A stretch of DNA of 58,072 nt, from positions 3,772 through 61,843 of the forward strand of contig CAZGBX010000005.1 in assembly GCA_964524105.1 (NCBI GenBank), written 5' to 3'. The notes under the pieces are model-generated. The model did no database searches and had not been told where the DNA came from. It saw only the letters and a list, made by a program, of their open reading frames with translations. A program made the position numbers and the translations under genes. This DNA is from Candidatus Woesearchaeota archaeon. Its GTDB lineage: Archaea > Nanobdellota > Nanobdellia > SCGC-AAA011-G17 > GW2011-AR18. Below, one piece after another: positions 9,421 through 18,673 of this stretch (position 1 is the stretch's first letter; each line of letters begins with the position of its first letter).

Positions 9421-9428
9421 TATTTAAA
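9421..9428 (-). promoter_or_regulatory. TATA box (TTTAAATA on the minus strand) for sepF
   Basis: Lies inside the N-terminal extension of the long ORF, ~25 nt upstream of the internal ATG at 9395. Confidence 0.4.
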
Positions 9429-9563
9429 CATTTCTGTAATTTCAAGACATTCTTTGAAAATATTATCTTACAGTAACTATAAAACCAAACCTATTTAAAG
9501 AATTTCAAGAATCAATTCCAATAAGAAAGCGGTGACGGTTGTCACTTAACCGCTCGCGGGCGT

Positions 9564-9582
9564 TTTCCGAAAGGAAGCCTAA
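9564..9582 (+). other. tRNA-Cys intron 1 (19 nt, between positions 8 and 9)
   Basis: BHB motif. The 4-bp helix GGGC(9558-9561):GCCT(9577-9580) is flanked by the 3-nt bulges GTT (9562-9564) and AAG (9581-9583). The inner hairpin is TTCC-GAAA-GGAA. Cleavage after the second bulge nucleotide yields U8-G9. Confidence 0.7.
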
Positions 9583-9604
9583 GGCCAAGCGGCTAAGGCA
9601 AGAG

Positions 9605-9628
9605 ATTACGTTAATAGCGTAACTTGAA
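9605..9628 (+). other. tRNA-Cys intron 2 (24 nt, between positions 30 and 31)
   Basis: BHB motif. A perfect 4-bp helix CAAG(9599-9602):CTTG(9623-9626) is flanked by the bulges AGA (9603-9605) and AAG (9627-9629). The inner hairpin is TTACG-TTAATAG-CGTAA. Confidence 0.7.
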
Positions 9629-9973
9629 GCTGCAACCCTCTGACCCCAGGTTCGAGTCCTGGCGTCCGCTTTCTTTTTCAAACTTCCAAAGTTTCTTATC
9701 AAAATCTACAATAATACCACCAATCACAGAAACCCCTTCTTTTTGCAACAACTCAATCTTCTTAGAAGAACCTAAAGCAAACCCACCTAAAGAACCATCA
9801 GAATTAACAACCCTGTGACAAGGAACATAAGGTGCATAAGGATTCTTATTCAAAGCATTACCTACCGCCTGATAAGCTTTACAACCTAAAGCACTAGCAA
9901 TCTCTTTGTAAGTTGTAACATAACCTTCAGGAATTTCCCTTAACAAACCATAAACCAGATCATTAAACTTCAT
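9611..9973 (-). CDS. ogt: Methylated-DNA--protein-cysteine methyltransferase (MGMT/Ogt, C-terminal domain only)
   Basis: Active-site PCHRVV and helix-turn-wing TTYKEIASALG. The last ~20 codons run antisense through the 3' half of tRNA-Cys. Confidence 0.8.
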   Translation of the reverse strand: MKFNDLVYGLLREIPEGYVTTYKEIASALGCKAYQAVGNALNKNPYAPYVPCHRVVNSDGSLGGFALGSSKKIELLQKEGVSVIGGIIVDFDKKLWKFEKESGRQDSNLGSEGCSFKLRY

Positions 9974-10008
9974 TATACAAAAACTTATTAATCCAGGTTT
10001 ATCAAATC

Positions 10009-10437
10009 ATGTATATGACAGACTGTGTTTTCTGCAAGATGATTAAAGGAGAAATTAATATTAAAAAGATCTTCGAAGATGATAAAACTTTAGCATTCTT
10101 AGATATTAGTCCAGCATCACCTAAAGGAGGACATACATTAGTAATCCCAAAAAACCATTATGAATTAATCACAGACATCCCAGATGATGAACTAAAAGCA
10201 GTAATGTCAACTGTAAAGAAAGTGACTAAAGCATTACTTAATTACACAGAAGGAGTTAATGTTTTACAAAACAACAAACCAGCAGCAGGACAAGCTGTTT
10301 TCCACGCCCACTTCCATTTAATTCCAAGATTCAAGGGTGATGGCATAATAATTGAGAAATGGAGACCTAATGCTTACAAAGAAGGAGAGATGACTAAGGT
10401 ACAACAACAAATCAAAACTCTTTTAAAAGAATCCTGA
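10009..10437 (+). CDS. HIT-family (histidine triad) nucleotide hydrolase
   Basis: CVFCKMIKGE N-terminus and the histidine triad HAHFHLIPR. Confidence 0.9.
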   Translation: MYMTDCVFCKMIKGEINIKKIFEDDKTLAFLDISPASPKGGHTLVIPKNHYELITDIPDDELKAVMSTVKKVTKALLNYTEGVNVLQNNKPAAGQAVFHAHFHLIPRFKGDGIIIEKWRPNAYKEGEMTKVQQQIKTLLKES

Positions 10438-10451
10438 TACCTTTTTCTTAT

Positions 10452-10573
10452 GCCCATGTAGCATAGTTCGGCTATTGCGCCAGTCTCATAAGTTATGAGA
10501 ATTGAGACTTTTTAGTCAATGAAATAAAAACTAAGAAAGCTGGAGGTCGCGTGTTCAAATCACGCCATGGGCA
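10452..10573 (+). tRNA. tRNA with CAU anticodon (elongator Met or Ile2) carrying a 47-nt intron
   Basis: Acceptor GCCCATG/CATGGGC. Anticodon stem CCAGT/GCTGG. Loop CTCATA|intron|A. T arm GCGTG-TTCAAAT-CACGC. Discriminator A. It is not an initiator: it has G1:C72 and lacks the GGG/CCC anticodon stem. Confidence 0.85.
10491..10537 (+). other. tRNA-CAU intron at canonical position 37/38
   Basis: 47 nt lie between A37 (10490) and A38 (10538). The BHB is relaxed: helix CTCA:TAAG has one C-A mismatch, and the inner GTT:AAC pairs. Confidence 0.65.
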
Positions 10574-10577
10574 GTTT

Positions 10578-10850
10578 CTAATCTCTACTTCTAGTCCTTC
10601 TTCCAACTAAAGCAGTCACACCACCTGCAACAGCAGCAACCAAAGAAGCTTGAATTGCAGAATACTCTAACAAAACTCCACTAGCATCAGATCTACTCTC
10701 AACTGCTTCTCTATAAGCTTGAGCAACAGGTCCATAAAAATCAGTTCCAACCGCTTGCAAAGCAGCATCAATACCAACAGGTTCAACAGCCATTACAACA
10801 GCTAAAGCACCAATCCCAAACAATGTTGCATATTCTCTACCACTTGGCAT
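10578..10850 (-). CDS. Small Ala/Gly/Val-rich hydrophobic protein with Arg-rich C-terminus
   Basis: 90-aa ORF. TTTAAATA lies 22 nt upstream of the ATG at 10850. Weak similarity to the ORF at 39552-39785. Confidence 0.5.
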   Translation of the reverse strand: MPSGREYATLFGIGALAVVMAVEPVGIDAALQAVGTDFYGPVAQAYREAVESRSDASGVLLEYSAIQASLVAAVAGGVTALVGRRTRSRD

Positions 10851-11015
10851 AGTATATTAAATAAATTCCAATATTTAAATATTTTCACTAAGAATTTTCG
10901 AAAGATTTACAGTTTCAAAGTTAAAGATTAGAAATAACAAATAAACTAAGTCATGCTCCGACATATATTTTCAAAGGGAAAAATCATTATAAGTTAATAA
11001 ACAATTCCACAAAAC

Positions 11016-11324
11016 ATGTATGTTGCCAAATTGTATAGATCTGCATCTTCAGGGGAAGAGCGACTAGTTTGCAATGTTTATGATACTACAAGAGATGAAC
11101 CCCAAAGGATCGCAGTTGTTGGGGGTAACAACATTGAAGAATTAGTAGATGGGTGTATGGCTGATGAATCATTAAGATCTATTCTTCCTGATTCTGTGGA
11201 AACAATTAAAGGAATCACAAACCTAAAGAAAGGCGAAGGGCACCACAGGAATGAAACCCAGGTCCCTCTTGAAATACCGCAACTTTTAGAATTCAATAGT
11301 TTATATGCTGAAAGAATGAGATAA
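11016..11324 (+). CDS. Hypothetical protein (orphan)
   Basis: 102-aa ORF. ATTATAAG (10986-10993) ends 23 nt upstream of the ATG. The competing antisense ORF 11078-11365 looks like a shadow frame. Confidence 0.5.
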   Translation: MYVAKLYRSASSGEERLVCNVYDTTRDEPQRIAVVGGNNIEELVDGCMADESLRSILPDSVETIKGITNLKKGEGHHRNETQVPLEIPQLLEFNSLYAERMR

Positions 11325-11373
11325 AGACGCCCTTCTTCAAACAAATCTGTAAAATAAAACATCAACCTTGAAA

Positions 11374-12627
11374 CTACAGTTTAATCTCTTTTACCCCACC
11401 CATATAACCTTGTAAACAACCAGGAATCTTAATCGTCCCTTTAGCAGTTTGGTTATTCTCTAAGAGAGCAACTAACAATCTAGAAGTTGCAAGAGCAGTA
11501 TTATTCAATGTATGAGGAGAATAAATCTCTCCTGAACCTTGTACCCTAATACCTAACTTTTTAGATTGAAAATCAGTCAAGTTACTACAAGACATAGTTT
11601 CAAAGTATCCTTTCTTTCTAGGACTCCAAACTTCAACATCAGCATACCTTGACTTCCAATCTCCAACTTCAGAAGCTCCAAACTCAATAACTCTAAAAGG
11701 CAATCTTAACTTCTTCATTATTCCAACAGAATTAGACAATAACTCTTCATAGTATTTATTAGAATCTTTTGGATCACAAATTATAATCTGTTCAACTTTA
11801 TTAAACTGGTGAGTTCTAAACAATCCTTTCTCATCTATTCCATGAGACCCTATTTCTTTCCTAAAACACATTGAGTATCCAGCTAACCTAATTGGCAAAT
11901 CCTTTTCCCTTACAGTCTCCCCAATGTACATCCCAATCAAAGGGTGTTCTGAAGTTCCAATCAAGTACAAATCTTCACCTTCAATCTTGTACACATGTTC
12001 TTTAAAGAAATCCATATCAATCACAGCATCACAAACTTTTCTTCTAATCATTAAAGGAGGTTCAACATAAGTAAACTTCTTCTTAACTAAAAAATCAATT
12101 GCAAATTGTATCAAAGCTAAGTTTAGTCTTGCCAAATCACCTTTCAAATAATAAAACCCATTACCTGCAACTTTAGCTGAAGCATCACAATCTAAAACAT
12201 TTAATTTCTCTGCAATATCAGCATGGTTCAGAACTTTCTTCTTCTTAGGTTCACCCCATTTCAAAACAACTTTATCCCTTTTACCAACAGACTTATGTAA
12301 AAGGTTAGGTAAAATAGTTAAAGTCTTATCAATATTCTCTTTAATCTCTTTTAACCTATCATCTGTATCAGCAATCTTTTTTGGAATATCTTTTACTTCT
12401 CTAATTTTCCCCTTAATATCCTTCCCCTTTTTCCTTAATTTATTTATTTCAATAGTTAATTTATTCCTCTGTGACCTCAAATCTTGATTTTCCTTTAATA
12501 ACCCCAAATACTCTTTATCTAATTTCAATAACTCGTCTAGCTTAGCAACCTTTTCTTTTTGACCTTTCTTCTCAATATTCTTTTTAATCAAAGCATGATT
12601 CTCTCTGACGAATTTTAAGCTAAACAT
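11374..12627 (-). CDS. serS: Seryl-tRNA synthetase
   Basis: 417 aa with an N-terminal coiled-coil arm and a class II core (FRKEIGSHG, TLNNTALATSR). Confidence 0.95.
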   Translation of the reverse strand: MFSLKFVRENHALIKKNIEKKGQKEKVAKLDELLKLDKEYLGLLKENQDLRSQRNKLTIEINKLRKKGKDIKGKIREVKDIPKKIADTDDRLKEIKENIDKTLTILPNLLHKSVGKRDKVVLKWGEPKKKKVLNHADIAEKLNVLDCDASAKVAGNGFYYLKGDLARLNLALIQFAIDFLVKKKFTYVEPPLMIRRKVCDAVIDMDFFKEHVYKIEGEDLYLIGTSEHPLIGMYIGETVREKDLPIRLAGYSMCFRKEIGSHGIDEKGLFRTHQFNKVEQIIICDPKDSNKYYEELLSNSVGIMKKLRLPFRVIEFGASEVGDWKSRYADVEVWSPRKKGYFETMSCSNLTDFQSKKLGIRVQGSGEIYSPHTLNNTALATSRLLVALLENNQTAKGTIKIPGCLQGYMGGVKEIKL

Positions 12628-12649
12628 AACCTTATCTAAATGCGAGATA

Positions 12650-12657
12650 TTTATATA
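12650..12657. promoter_or_regulatory. Shared TATA box (TTTATATA) for divergent serS and cysS
   Basis: Lies 23 nt from the serS ATG (12627) and 23 nt from the in-frame cysS ATG at 12680. Confidence 0.5.
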
Positions 12658-12679
12658 GGTTTTGATCTCTAAAACTACT

Positions 12680-14038
12680 ATGTTAAAACTCTACAACACT
12701 TTAACAAGAAAAAAAGAGAATTTCAAGCCAATTAAAAAAACTGTAGGCATGTACACTTGTGGACCTACTGTCTACTGGTACCAACACATTGGAAACTTAA
12801 GATCATATATTTTTGCAGACTTACTAAAGAGAGTTTTACTATACAATAAATACAAAGTTAAACAAATAATAAACGTCACTGACGTAGGACATCTAACTTC
12901 TGACAGAGACACTGGAGAAGATAAGATGGAAAAAGCTGCAAAAAAAGAAAACAAAAAAGCAAAAGACATTGCTAACTTCTACCTTAAACTATTCAAAGAA
13001 GACTTCAAGAAACTAAACATTCTTCCTCCAGACAAATGGACAAAAGCAACACAGCACATCAAAGACCAAATACAACTAATTAAAACTCTAGAAAAAAAAG
13101 GGTTTACTTACCAAACTTCAGACGGAGTTTACTTTAACACTTCAAAAGTAAAAGACTATGGGAAATTAGCAAGACTAAAAAAACAAGATCTTAAAGCAGG
13201 GAAAAGAGTTTCATTAAAAGAGAAGAAAAATAAAACAGACTTTGCTTTATGGAAATTCTCAAAAAAGAAAGGATTAAGACAACAAGAATGGAAATCGCCG
13301 TGGGGGCTAGGTTTTCCGGGTTGGCACATTGAATGTTCTGCAATGTCAACTAAATACTTAGGAAAACAATTTGATATCCACACAGGTGGTAAAGAACACA
13401 TTCCAGTACACCACACAAATGAAATCGCACAATCAGAATCAGCTTTCAATAAAAAACCATGGGTCAAGTACTGGCTACACGGAGAATGGTTGATGTTCAA
13501 AGACGGAAAAATGTCTAAGAGCAAAGGCAAAATCTACACTTTAGAAGCATTAGAGAGAAAAGGCTTCCAACCTTTAGAGTATAGATATTTCGTGCTAAAC
13601 GCCCATTACAAAAAACCATTAAAGTTTGATTGGAAAGCATTAGAAAACAGTCGGAACGCTTATTCAAGATTAAAGAACATAATCTCTGAAACTAAGAACG
13701 ACAAAAAACTAAACAAGAAATACTTAAAACAATTTGAAAAAGCAATAAACAATAATTTAGACATGCCAAATGCAATTGCAGTAATGTGGAACTTACTAAG
13801 AGACAAAAAAGAAACAGGAAAAATAAACACAATAAAAGAAATGGATAAAGTTCTGGGATTAGACTTACTAAAAAAAGATTTAATACCTAAAGAGATCAAA
13901 GACTTAGTTAAAAAAAGAGAACAAGCAAGAAAAAACAAAGACTGGAAAAAATCAGATAAGTTAAGAGACAAAATAAAATCTAAAGGTTATGAAATTAAAG
14001 ATAAAGAAAAGAAAACAATAATCATGAAGCTTGCCTAA
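12680..14038 (+). CDS. cysS: Cysteinyl-tRNA synthetase
   Basis: Class I signatures HIGN and KMSKS, plus zinc-site CGPTVY. The ORF track starts at TTG 12662, but the ATG at 12680 fits the TATA spacing. Confidence 0.95.
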   Translation: MLKLYNTLTRKKENFKPIKKTVGMYTCGPTVYWYQHIGNLRSYIFADLLKRVLLYNKYKVKQIINVTDVGHLTSDRDTGEDKMEKAAKKENKKAKDIANFYLKLFKEDFKKLNILPPDKWTKATQHIKDQIQLIKTLEKKGFTYQTSDGVYFNTSKVKDYGKLARLKKQDLKAGKRVSLKEKKNKTDFALWKFSKKKGLRQQEWKSPWGLGFPGWHIECSAMSTKYLGKQFDIHTGGKEHIPVHHTNEIAQSESAFNKKPWVKYWLHGEWLMFKDGKMSKSKGKIYTLEALERKGFQPLEYRYFVLNAHYKKPLKFDWKALENSRNAYSRLKNIISETKNDKKLNKKYLKQFEKAINNNLDMPNAIAVMWNLLRDKKETGKINTIKEMDKVLGLDLLKKDLIPKEIKDLVKKREQARKNKDWKKSDKLRDKIKSKGYEIKDKEKKTIIMKLA

Positions 14039-14735
14039 CAACACTACTATAAGGATCTATTCTTCTTGGCAAGTGAACCCTTTCCCCACAATCATTTAAC
14101 TTTGCCGCTAAACCACCCACATATCTCTCAACATCCCTTAATGCCTTTCTACCAATCTTCAAATCAAAATCATAAGGCACAATTATCTCATCACCTTCCC
14201 TAGTGTCTAAAGACCTACCGTCCCTAGGATCAAAAGTCCCTGAAAGAAAATGTGTGCCACCCAAATCATCCCTCTTATACAAAACCACCCAGACACGATC
14301 ATAAGTCAAACGAACATCTTCTTGACCAGTAAATTCAAGTACTTCAGCTAAATCTTCATCAGAAGGTTCTGGCTCTTCAGCTAAATCATTATCCATGGAA
14401 TCAGGAAAAGCACAAGACCAATCAAACCCACCACCAGAAACACCATAATCTCCGAGTGGCAAACCATGCTCTTGCCGTACAGCAGGGAAATCACCAGGTG
14501 GCAGATCATCTAAACTAAAAGAATCAGTACCATCATTTAACCGATCCACCTTTTCATTAAGTTCAGACATCCATGTCAAAGAAAAACCCCGCTCAAAAGG
14601 ATCATAGTTCCTTACAATACTAAGATCATTACATGGGGGAAAAGGGTCTTCTTCTTCACCCCTATCATAAGTCAAAAACCTAAATTTCCCTAAAAAACCA
14701 TCCCAATATATAGAAAGTACAATTCCTTCACCCAT
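14022..14735 (-). CDS. Acidic Asp/Gly/Pro/Arg-rich orphan protein co-transcribed with the thermosome
   Basis: 237-aa ORF beginning 11 nt after the thermosome stop. AAGGTGA SD lies 6 nt upstream of the ATG. No family recognised. Confidence 0.55.
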   Translation of the reverse strand: MGEGIVLSIYWDGFLGKFRFLTYDRGEEEDPFPPCNDLSIVRNYDPFERGFSLTWMSELNEKVDRLNDGTDSFSLDDLPPGDFPAVRQEHGLPLGDYGVSGGGFDWSCAFPDSMDNDLAEEPEPSDEDLAEVLEFTGQEDVRLTYDRVWVVLYKRDDLGGTHFLSGTFDPRDGRSLDTREGDEIIVPYDFDLKIGRKALRDVERYVGGLAAKLNDCGERVHLPRRIDPYSSVVRQAS

Positions 14736-14746
14736 AAAAAATCACC

Positions 14747-16366
14747 TTACATCATTCCAGGATTCATACCGCCAGGCGGCATTGGCATATCTTTTTTACC
14801 AGCTAAAAGTATATCATCAATCCTTAATATAAGTTCTGCAACCTCTGATGCAGAGCGAATAGCTTGAGTTTTAATATTCAAAGGTTCTATAATCCCTTCT
14901 TTCTTAGCATCCATCACTTTTCCAGTAAAAACATTTAATCCAGATGTCTTTCCCCCCTTCTCATGACTAGCTTTTAACTCAGTTATAGAATCAATTGGAT
15001 CCAACCCAGCATTCTCAGCAAGAGTACGAGGAATAACTTCCATTGAATCAGCAAAAGCTAACACAGCTAACTGTTCCCTTCCACTTAAACTATTAGCAAA
15101 GGTTCTTAATTGATGTGCAACTTCAATCTCAACTGACCCTGCACCAGTAACAACCTTTCCAGTTTTAATCGCAGTTACTAATCCACCTAAAGCATCTTCC
15201 ATAGCCCTTTCAATCTCATCAACAACATGCTCAGTTCCACCCCTAACTAATAATGTAACAGCTTTTGGATTTTTACAACCTGTAACATAAGTCATCTCTT
15301 CATCCCCAACTTTCTTTTCTTCAACTAAAGAAGCAGCACCCAAATCTTTTGAAGACATATCATCTAAGTTAGAAATAACAGACCCACCTGTAGCCCTTGA
15401 CAATTTCTCCATATCAGACTTCTTAATTCTTCTACAAGCAAAAACTCCAGCCTTAGCTAAATAATGTTGAGCTAAATCATCAATACCTTTTTGGCAAAGT
15501 AAAACATTACATTTTGTAGCTTTAACTTTTTCTACCATCTCTTTAATCATCTTTTCTTCCATTTCAATAAAAGCACCCATTTGACTTGGATCAGTAATTT
15601 GTATTTTAGCATCAGTCTCAGTATTCCTAATTTCAAGTTCAACATCTAACAATAGAACTTTCGCATTTTCTACCTTTCTTGGCATTGCAGCATTAACTCT
15701 TTCTTTATCTAAAATAATTCCCTGAACTAATTCAGAATTCTCAATCCCAGAACCAGTTTTTTTCTCAACTTTAACATTATCTAAATCAACATAAGAATTA
15801 TCTGCAACTTGAGTTACAGCACTAGAACATAAATCAGCTAATACTTCCTTAGCCATCTCAGCTTTCTTTCCAGTCATTGCAGTTATTGCAAGTTGTTTTA
15901 GAACATCTTTATCAGTTACTTTCACATCAGTTGATAAAGAATTAACAATTTCAATTGATTTTTCTGCAGCTAATGAATATCCTTTAGTAATTACAGTTGG
16001 ATGCACATCTTTATCTAACAAAGCTTCAGCGTTTTTTAACAATTCACCTGCGAAAACAACAGCAGTTGTTGTTCCATCTCCAACCTCATCTTCTTGAGTT
16101 TTAGCAACTTCAACAATCATTTTTGCAGCAGGGTGCTCGATCTGCATCTCTTTTAATATCGTAACCCCATCATTAGTTACAACAATATCACCCATAGAAT
16201 CAACTAGCATTTTATCCATGCCCTTTGGACCCAAAGTAGTTCTTACTGTTTCAGCCACCAATTTTGCAGCCATAATATTATTCCTTTGTGCATCCTTGCC
16301 CTGTGTTCTCTTAGAATCCTGGTTTATGATATATACTGGTTGTTGATCACTCATTAAAATCCCCAT
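14747..16366 (-). CDS. ths: Thermosome subunit (group II chaperonin)
   Basis: [31 protein letters not shown], and a C-terminal GGMPGM-like tail ([10 protein letters not shown]). Confidence 0.95.
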   Translation of the reverse strand: MGILMSDQQPVYIINQDSKRTQGKDAQRNNIMAAKLVAETVRTTLGPKGMDKMLVDSMGDIVVTNDGVTILKEMQIEHPAAKMIVEVAKTQEDEVGDGTTTAVVFAGELLKNAEALLDKDVHPTVITKGYSLAAEKSIEIVNSLSTDVKVTDKDVLKQLAITAMTGKKAEMAKEVLADLCSSAVTQVADNSYVDLDNVKVEKKTGSGIENSELVQGIILDKERVNAAMPRKVENAKVLLLDVELEIRNTETDAKIQITDPSQMGAFIEMEEKMIKEMVEKVKATKCNVLLCQKGIDDLAQHYLAKAGVFACRRIKKSDMEKLSRATGGSVISNLDDMSSKDLGAASLVEEKKVGDEEMTYVTGCKNPKAVTLLVRGGTEHVVDEIERAMEDALGGLVTAIKTGKVVTGAGSVEIEVAHQLRTFANSLSGREQLAVLAFADSMEVIPRTLAENAGLDPIDSITELKASHEKGGKTSGLNVFTGKVMDAKKEGIIEPLNIKTQAIRSASEVAELILRIDDILLAGKKDMPMPPGGMNPGMM

Positions 16367-16397
16367 AAAACGGTATCAAAGAAAATCTTATAAAGCT

Positions 16398-16838
16398 TTA
16401 GGCGTCAGAAGCCTTGTACTTTTCACCCAATTCATAAAGGAAAGTGGGATCTACAGATATCCCAGCCCCATCTACATGATTAACCCTAAGAACTAAATTG
16501 TCAGTCGTTCTGTCCCTATCAATCCTAGCTACCCCCACCATGCCTGAAAGTTGGGGCTTATCATCCACATCATACCACAACCTTTCACCCCGAAACTCTA
16601 AGGGATTTCCACTCAATAAACGGAACCACACTGCATAAGGTTGAGGATCACTCCATAGAGTTCCATTTTGAGTTAACCAAAAAGCCACAGCCTCATGTAC
16701 TTCAGACCTCTCATCAAGAGCACTATTAAATCCAGCAAGGAGATCCCCAGTAAATTCCCTAAGGCCACCACGATCCAAGTATCTTAAAGGAAAAACAGCT
16801 TCACAAGTCCTAAAACTTCTATCAGGTATCAGAGGCAT
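16398..16838 (-). CDS. Arg/Trp/Asp-rich orphan protein immediately upstream of the thermosome
   Basis: 146-149 aa. The ATG at 16838 (MPLIPD) lies 20-22 nt from TTTTTATATT. The ORF ends 31 nt before the thermosome start. No family recognised. Confidence 0.55.
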   Translation of the reverse strand: MPLIPDRSFRTCEAVFPLRYLDRGGLREFTGDLLAGFNSALDERSEVHEAVAFWLTQNGTLWSDPQPYAVWFRLLSGNPLEFRGERLWYDVDDKPQLSGMVGVARIDRDRTTDNLVLRVNHVDGAGISVDPTFLYELGEKYKASDA

Positions 16839-16920
16839 AAAATACAAAACTAAGTAATAATATAAAAAGATTTAGAAACTAAACTTTATAAACCAAAACT
16901 AATCTAATTTCTATTAAAAG

Positions 16921-18672
16921 ATGGCATTCGGATTAGCTAACCCATTAGGAATTCTAGCATTAGCATTCTTAATCCCATTAATCATAATATACTTAATCAG
17001 ACCACAACCGAAAAAACTAGAGATTCCATCTTTAATGTTTTTAAACAAACACTACAAAAAAGCAAAACAACACTCGTTCTTAAGAAAACTTCTAAAAGAC
17101 CCATTATTCTTCTTACAATTATTAGTTCTCATTTTTTTAATCCTAAGTTTATGGCAACCATGGATAGACACAAAAAGTACAATTTCAACTGATCACACCA
17201 TTATCGTACTAGACGTCTCAGCAAGTATGCAAGTAGAAGACAGATTTGAACTTGCAAAAAAACAAGCACTAAAAAGTTTAGGTGGAAAGAACACAATAAT
17301 CTTAGCACAAACTACACCCTTAATTGCACTACAAGAATCCCCAAAATCAGAATCGAAAAGATTCATCAAATCAGCAAAAGCAACTGACGGTTCAACAGAC
17401 TTAGGTAACGCAATCATTCTAGCTTCAGAGTTTGCAAAAGACGAAGCTAAAGTTGTCATAATCTCTGACTTCATTCACACCCAAGGTATTTCACCTCTAA
17501 CAGCGAAATCAGTTCTAGAATCAAAAGACATCCCAGTAGAATTCATAAACGTTGGAAAGAATTCAGAAAACAACGTTGCAATTATTGATGCTAATATTGA
17601 CTACGAAAAAACAACATTATACATTAAGAACTATAATTCCAAAGACGAAAGAATAAAACTAAAAATTAATAATATCCAAGAAGAAATTAGCTTACCAGCA
17701 AAAACCACTGAAACTTACTCATTCAAAACTCCAAAAGGAACCACTAAGATAGAACTACAACATGAAGATGATTTACTAACAGACAACATAGCTTACATCT
17801 CAAACCCAGTAGATGATAAGATAAAAGTTAACTTAATTACTAACTCAAACTCAAGATACTTAAAATCAGCACTAGAATCTATTGAAGGTGTTGAACTTAC
17901 AGTCTCAGAACCACCAATAATAAAAGATGGAGATTTCGACGTCTACATCTTCGCAGGCATTGCACCAAGTAAAATGGTAAGGGGTGCAACAGATAAGATA
18001 CTAAAGAAAGTGGAATCAGGGGAAGCCTCAGCAATAATACACTCACAAAAAACAATCAAACAACTAAGCTACGGACACCTAAACCCAGTTAAAGTAGATA
18101 ACTTAATTCAAACCCAAGCATTAGTAGAACCAACTTTAATCAACACACTAACTAAAGACATTGAATTTGGAGAAACAAGAAGTTACTTTTCTGTAGAAAA
18201 TAGAAACAGAGTAAAAACCATTGCATCAGCAGATTCTACCCCAATAGTCTCAGAAATAAACTTTGGTGGAGGACATTTAGTATACTTTGGAATCATAGAA
18301 GAAGAATCAGAGTTTAAACTATCACCATCATACCCAATCTTCTGGACGAGACTATTAAAGATGGTTTCAAACAAAAGAGACATTACAGACTCAAACCTAA
18401 AGACAGGAACAACTCTAAGCTTAAAGAAAGATGTTGTATTAGATAAAATCCAAACTTACAAACTAGGTAAGAGTACAATAGCAGCAAACTTATTCAGTGA
18501 CAGAGAATCAGACTTAAACATTGAGAAACTACAAGGAACAAAAATAAAAGAGTTCGAAGTAGGAAAAACTCAAAAGAGACACAAACAAAACTTAGAGAAA
18601 TATTTAATCATAATAGCATTCCTATTATTCATAGGAGAATTCATCTATTCAAAAATGAGAGGAGAAATATAA
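16921..18672 (+). CDS. BatA-like membrane protein with vWA domain
   Basis: N-terminal FGLANPLGILALAFLIPLIIIYL (aerotolerance-regulator N-terminal type). MIDAS motif VLDVSASM. C-terminal TM segment. Confidence 0.8.
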   Translation: MAFGLANPLGILALAFLIPLIIIYLIRPQPKKLEIPSLMFLNKHYKKAKQHSFLRKLLKDPLFFLQLLVLIFLILSLWQPWIDTKSTISTDHTIIVLDVSASMQVEDRFELAKKQALKSLGGKNTIILAQTTPLIALQESPKSESKRFIKSAKATDGSTDLGNAIILASEFAKDEAKVVIISDFIHTQGISPLTAKSVLESKDIPVEFINVGKNSENNVAIIDANIDYEKTTLYIKNYNSKDERIKLKINNIQEEISLPAKTTETYSFKTPKGTTKIELQHEDDLLTDNIAYISNPVDDKIKVNLITNSNSRYLKSALESIEGVELTVSEPPIIKDGDFDVYIFAGIAPSKMVRGATDKILKKVESGEASAIIHSQKTIKQLSYGHLNPVKVDNLIQTQALVEPTLINTLTKDIEFGETRSYFSVENRNRVKTIASADSTPIVSEINFGGGHLVYFGIIEEESEFKLSPSYPIFWTRLLKMVSNKRDITDSNLKTGTTLSLKKDVVLDKIQTYKLGKSTIAANLFSDRESDLNIEKLQGTKIKEFEVGKTQKRHKQNLEKYLIIIAFLLFIGEFIYSKMRGEI

Positions 18673-18673
18673 A

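Larger units (their letters stand above)
9556..9670 (+). tRNA. tRNA-Cys(GCA) interrupted by two BHB introns at non-canonical positions
   Basis: Acceptor GCGGGCG/CGTCCGC (one G-U pair). T arm CCAGG-TTCGAGT-CCTGG. Discriminator U73, the Cys identity element. After removing 9564-9582 and 9605-9628 the anticodon arm is AGAGG-CUGCAAC-CCUCU and the mature length is 72 nt. Confidence 0.75.

Noticed and set aside
9556-9670. An initial reading of this gene as a class II tRNA-Ser(UGA), because of a CTTGAAG loop-like string (9623-9629) and a 3-bp D stem.
   Set aside because: The flanks of CTTGAAG cannot form an anticodon stem and no variable-arm hairpin exists. CTTG is instead the 3' strand of the second BHB helix. 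Splicing gives a perfect Cys(GCA) arm, and the discriminator is U73.
9505-9818. The ORF-track entries 9505-9702 (-) and 9624-9818 (+).
   Set aside because: They overlap the tRNA-Cys gene and the MGMT gene, have no start context, and read as shadow frames.
11078-11365. The 95-aa minus-strand ORF competing with 11016-11324 (+).
   Set aside because: The plus-strand ORF has a TATA box exactly 23 nt upstream and a more protein-like composition. The minus frame is Ser/Leu-rich with no start signals.
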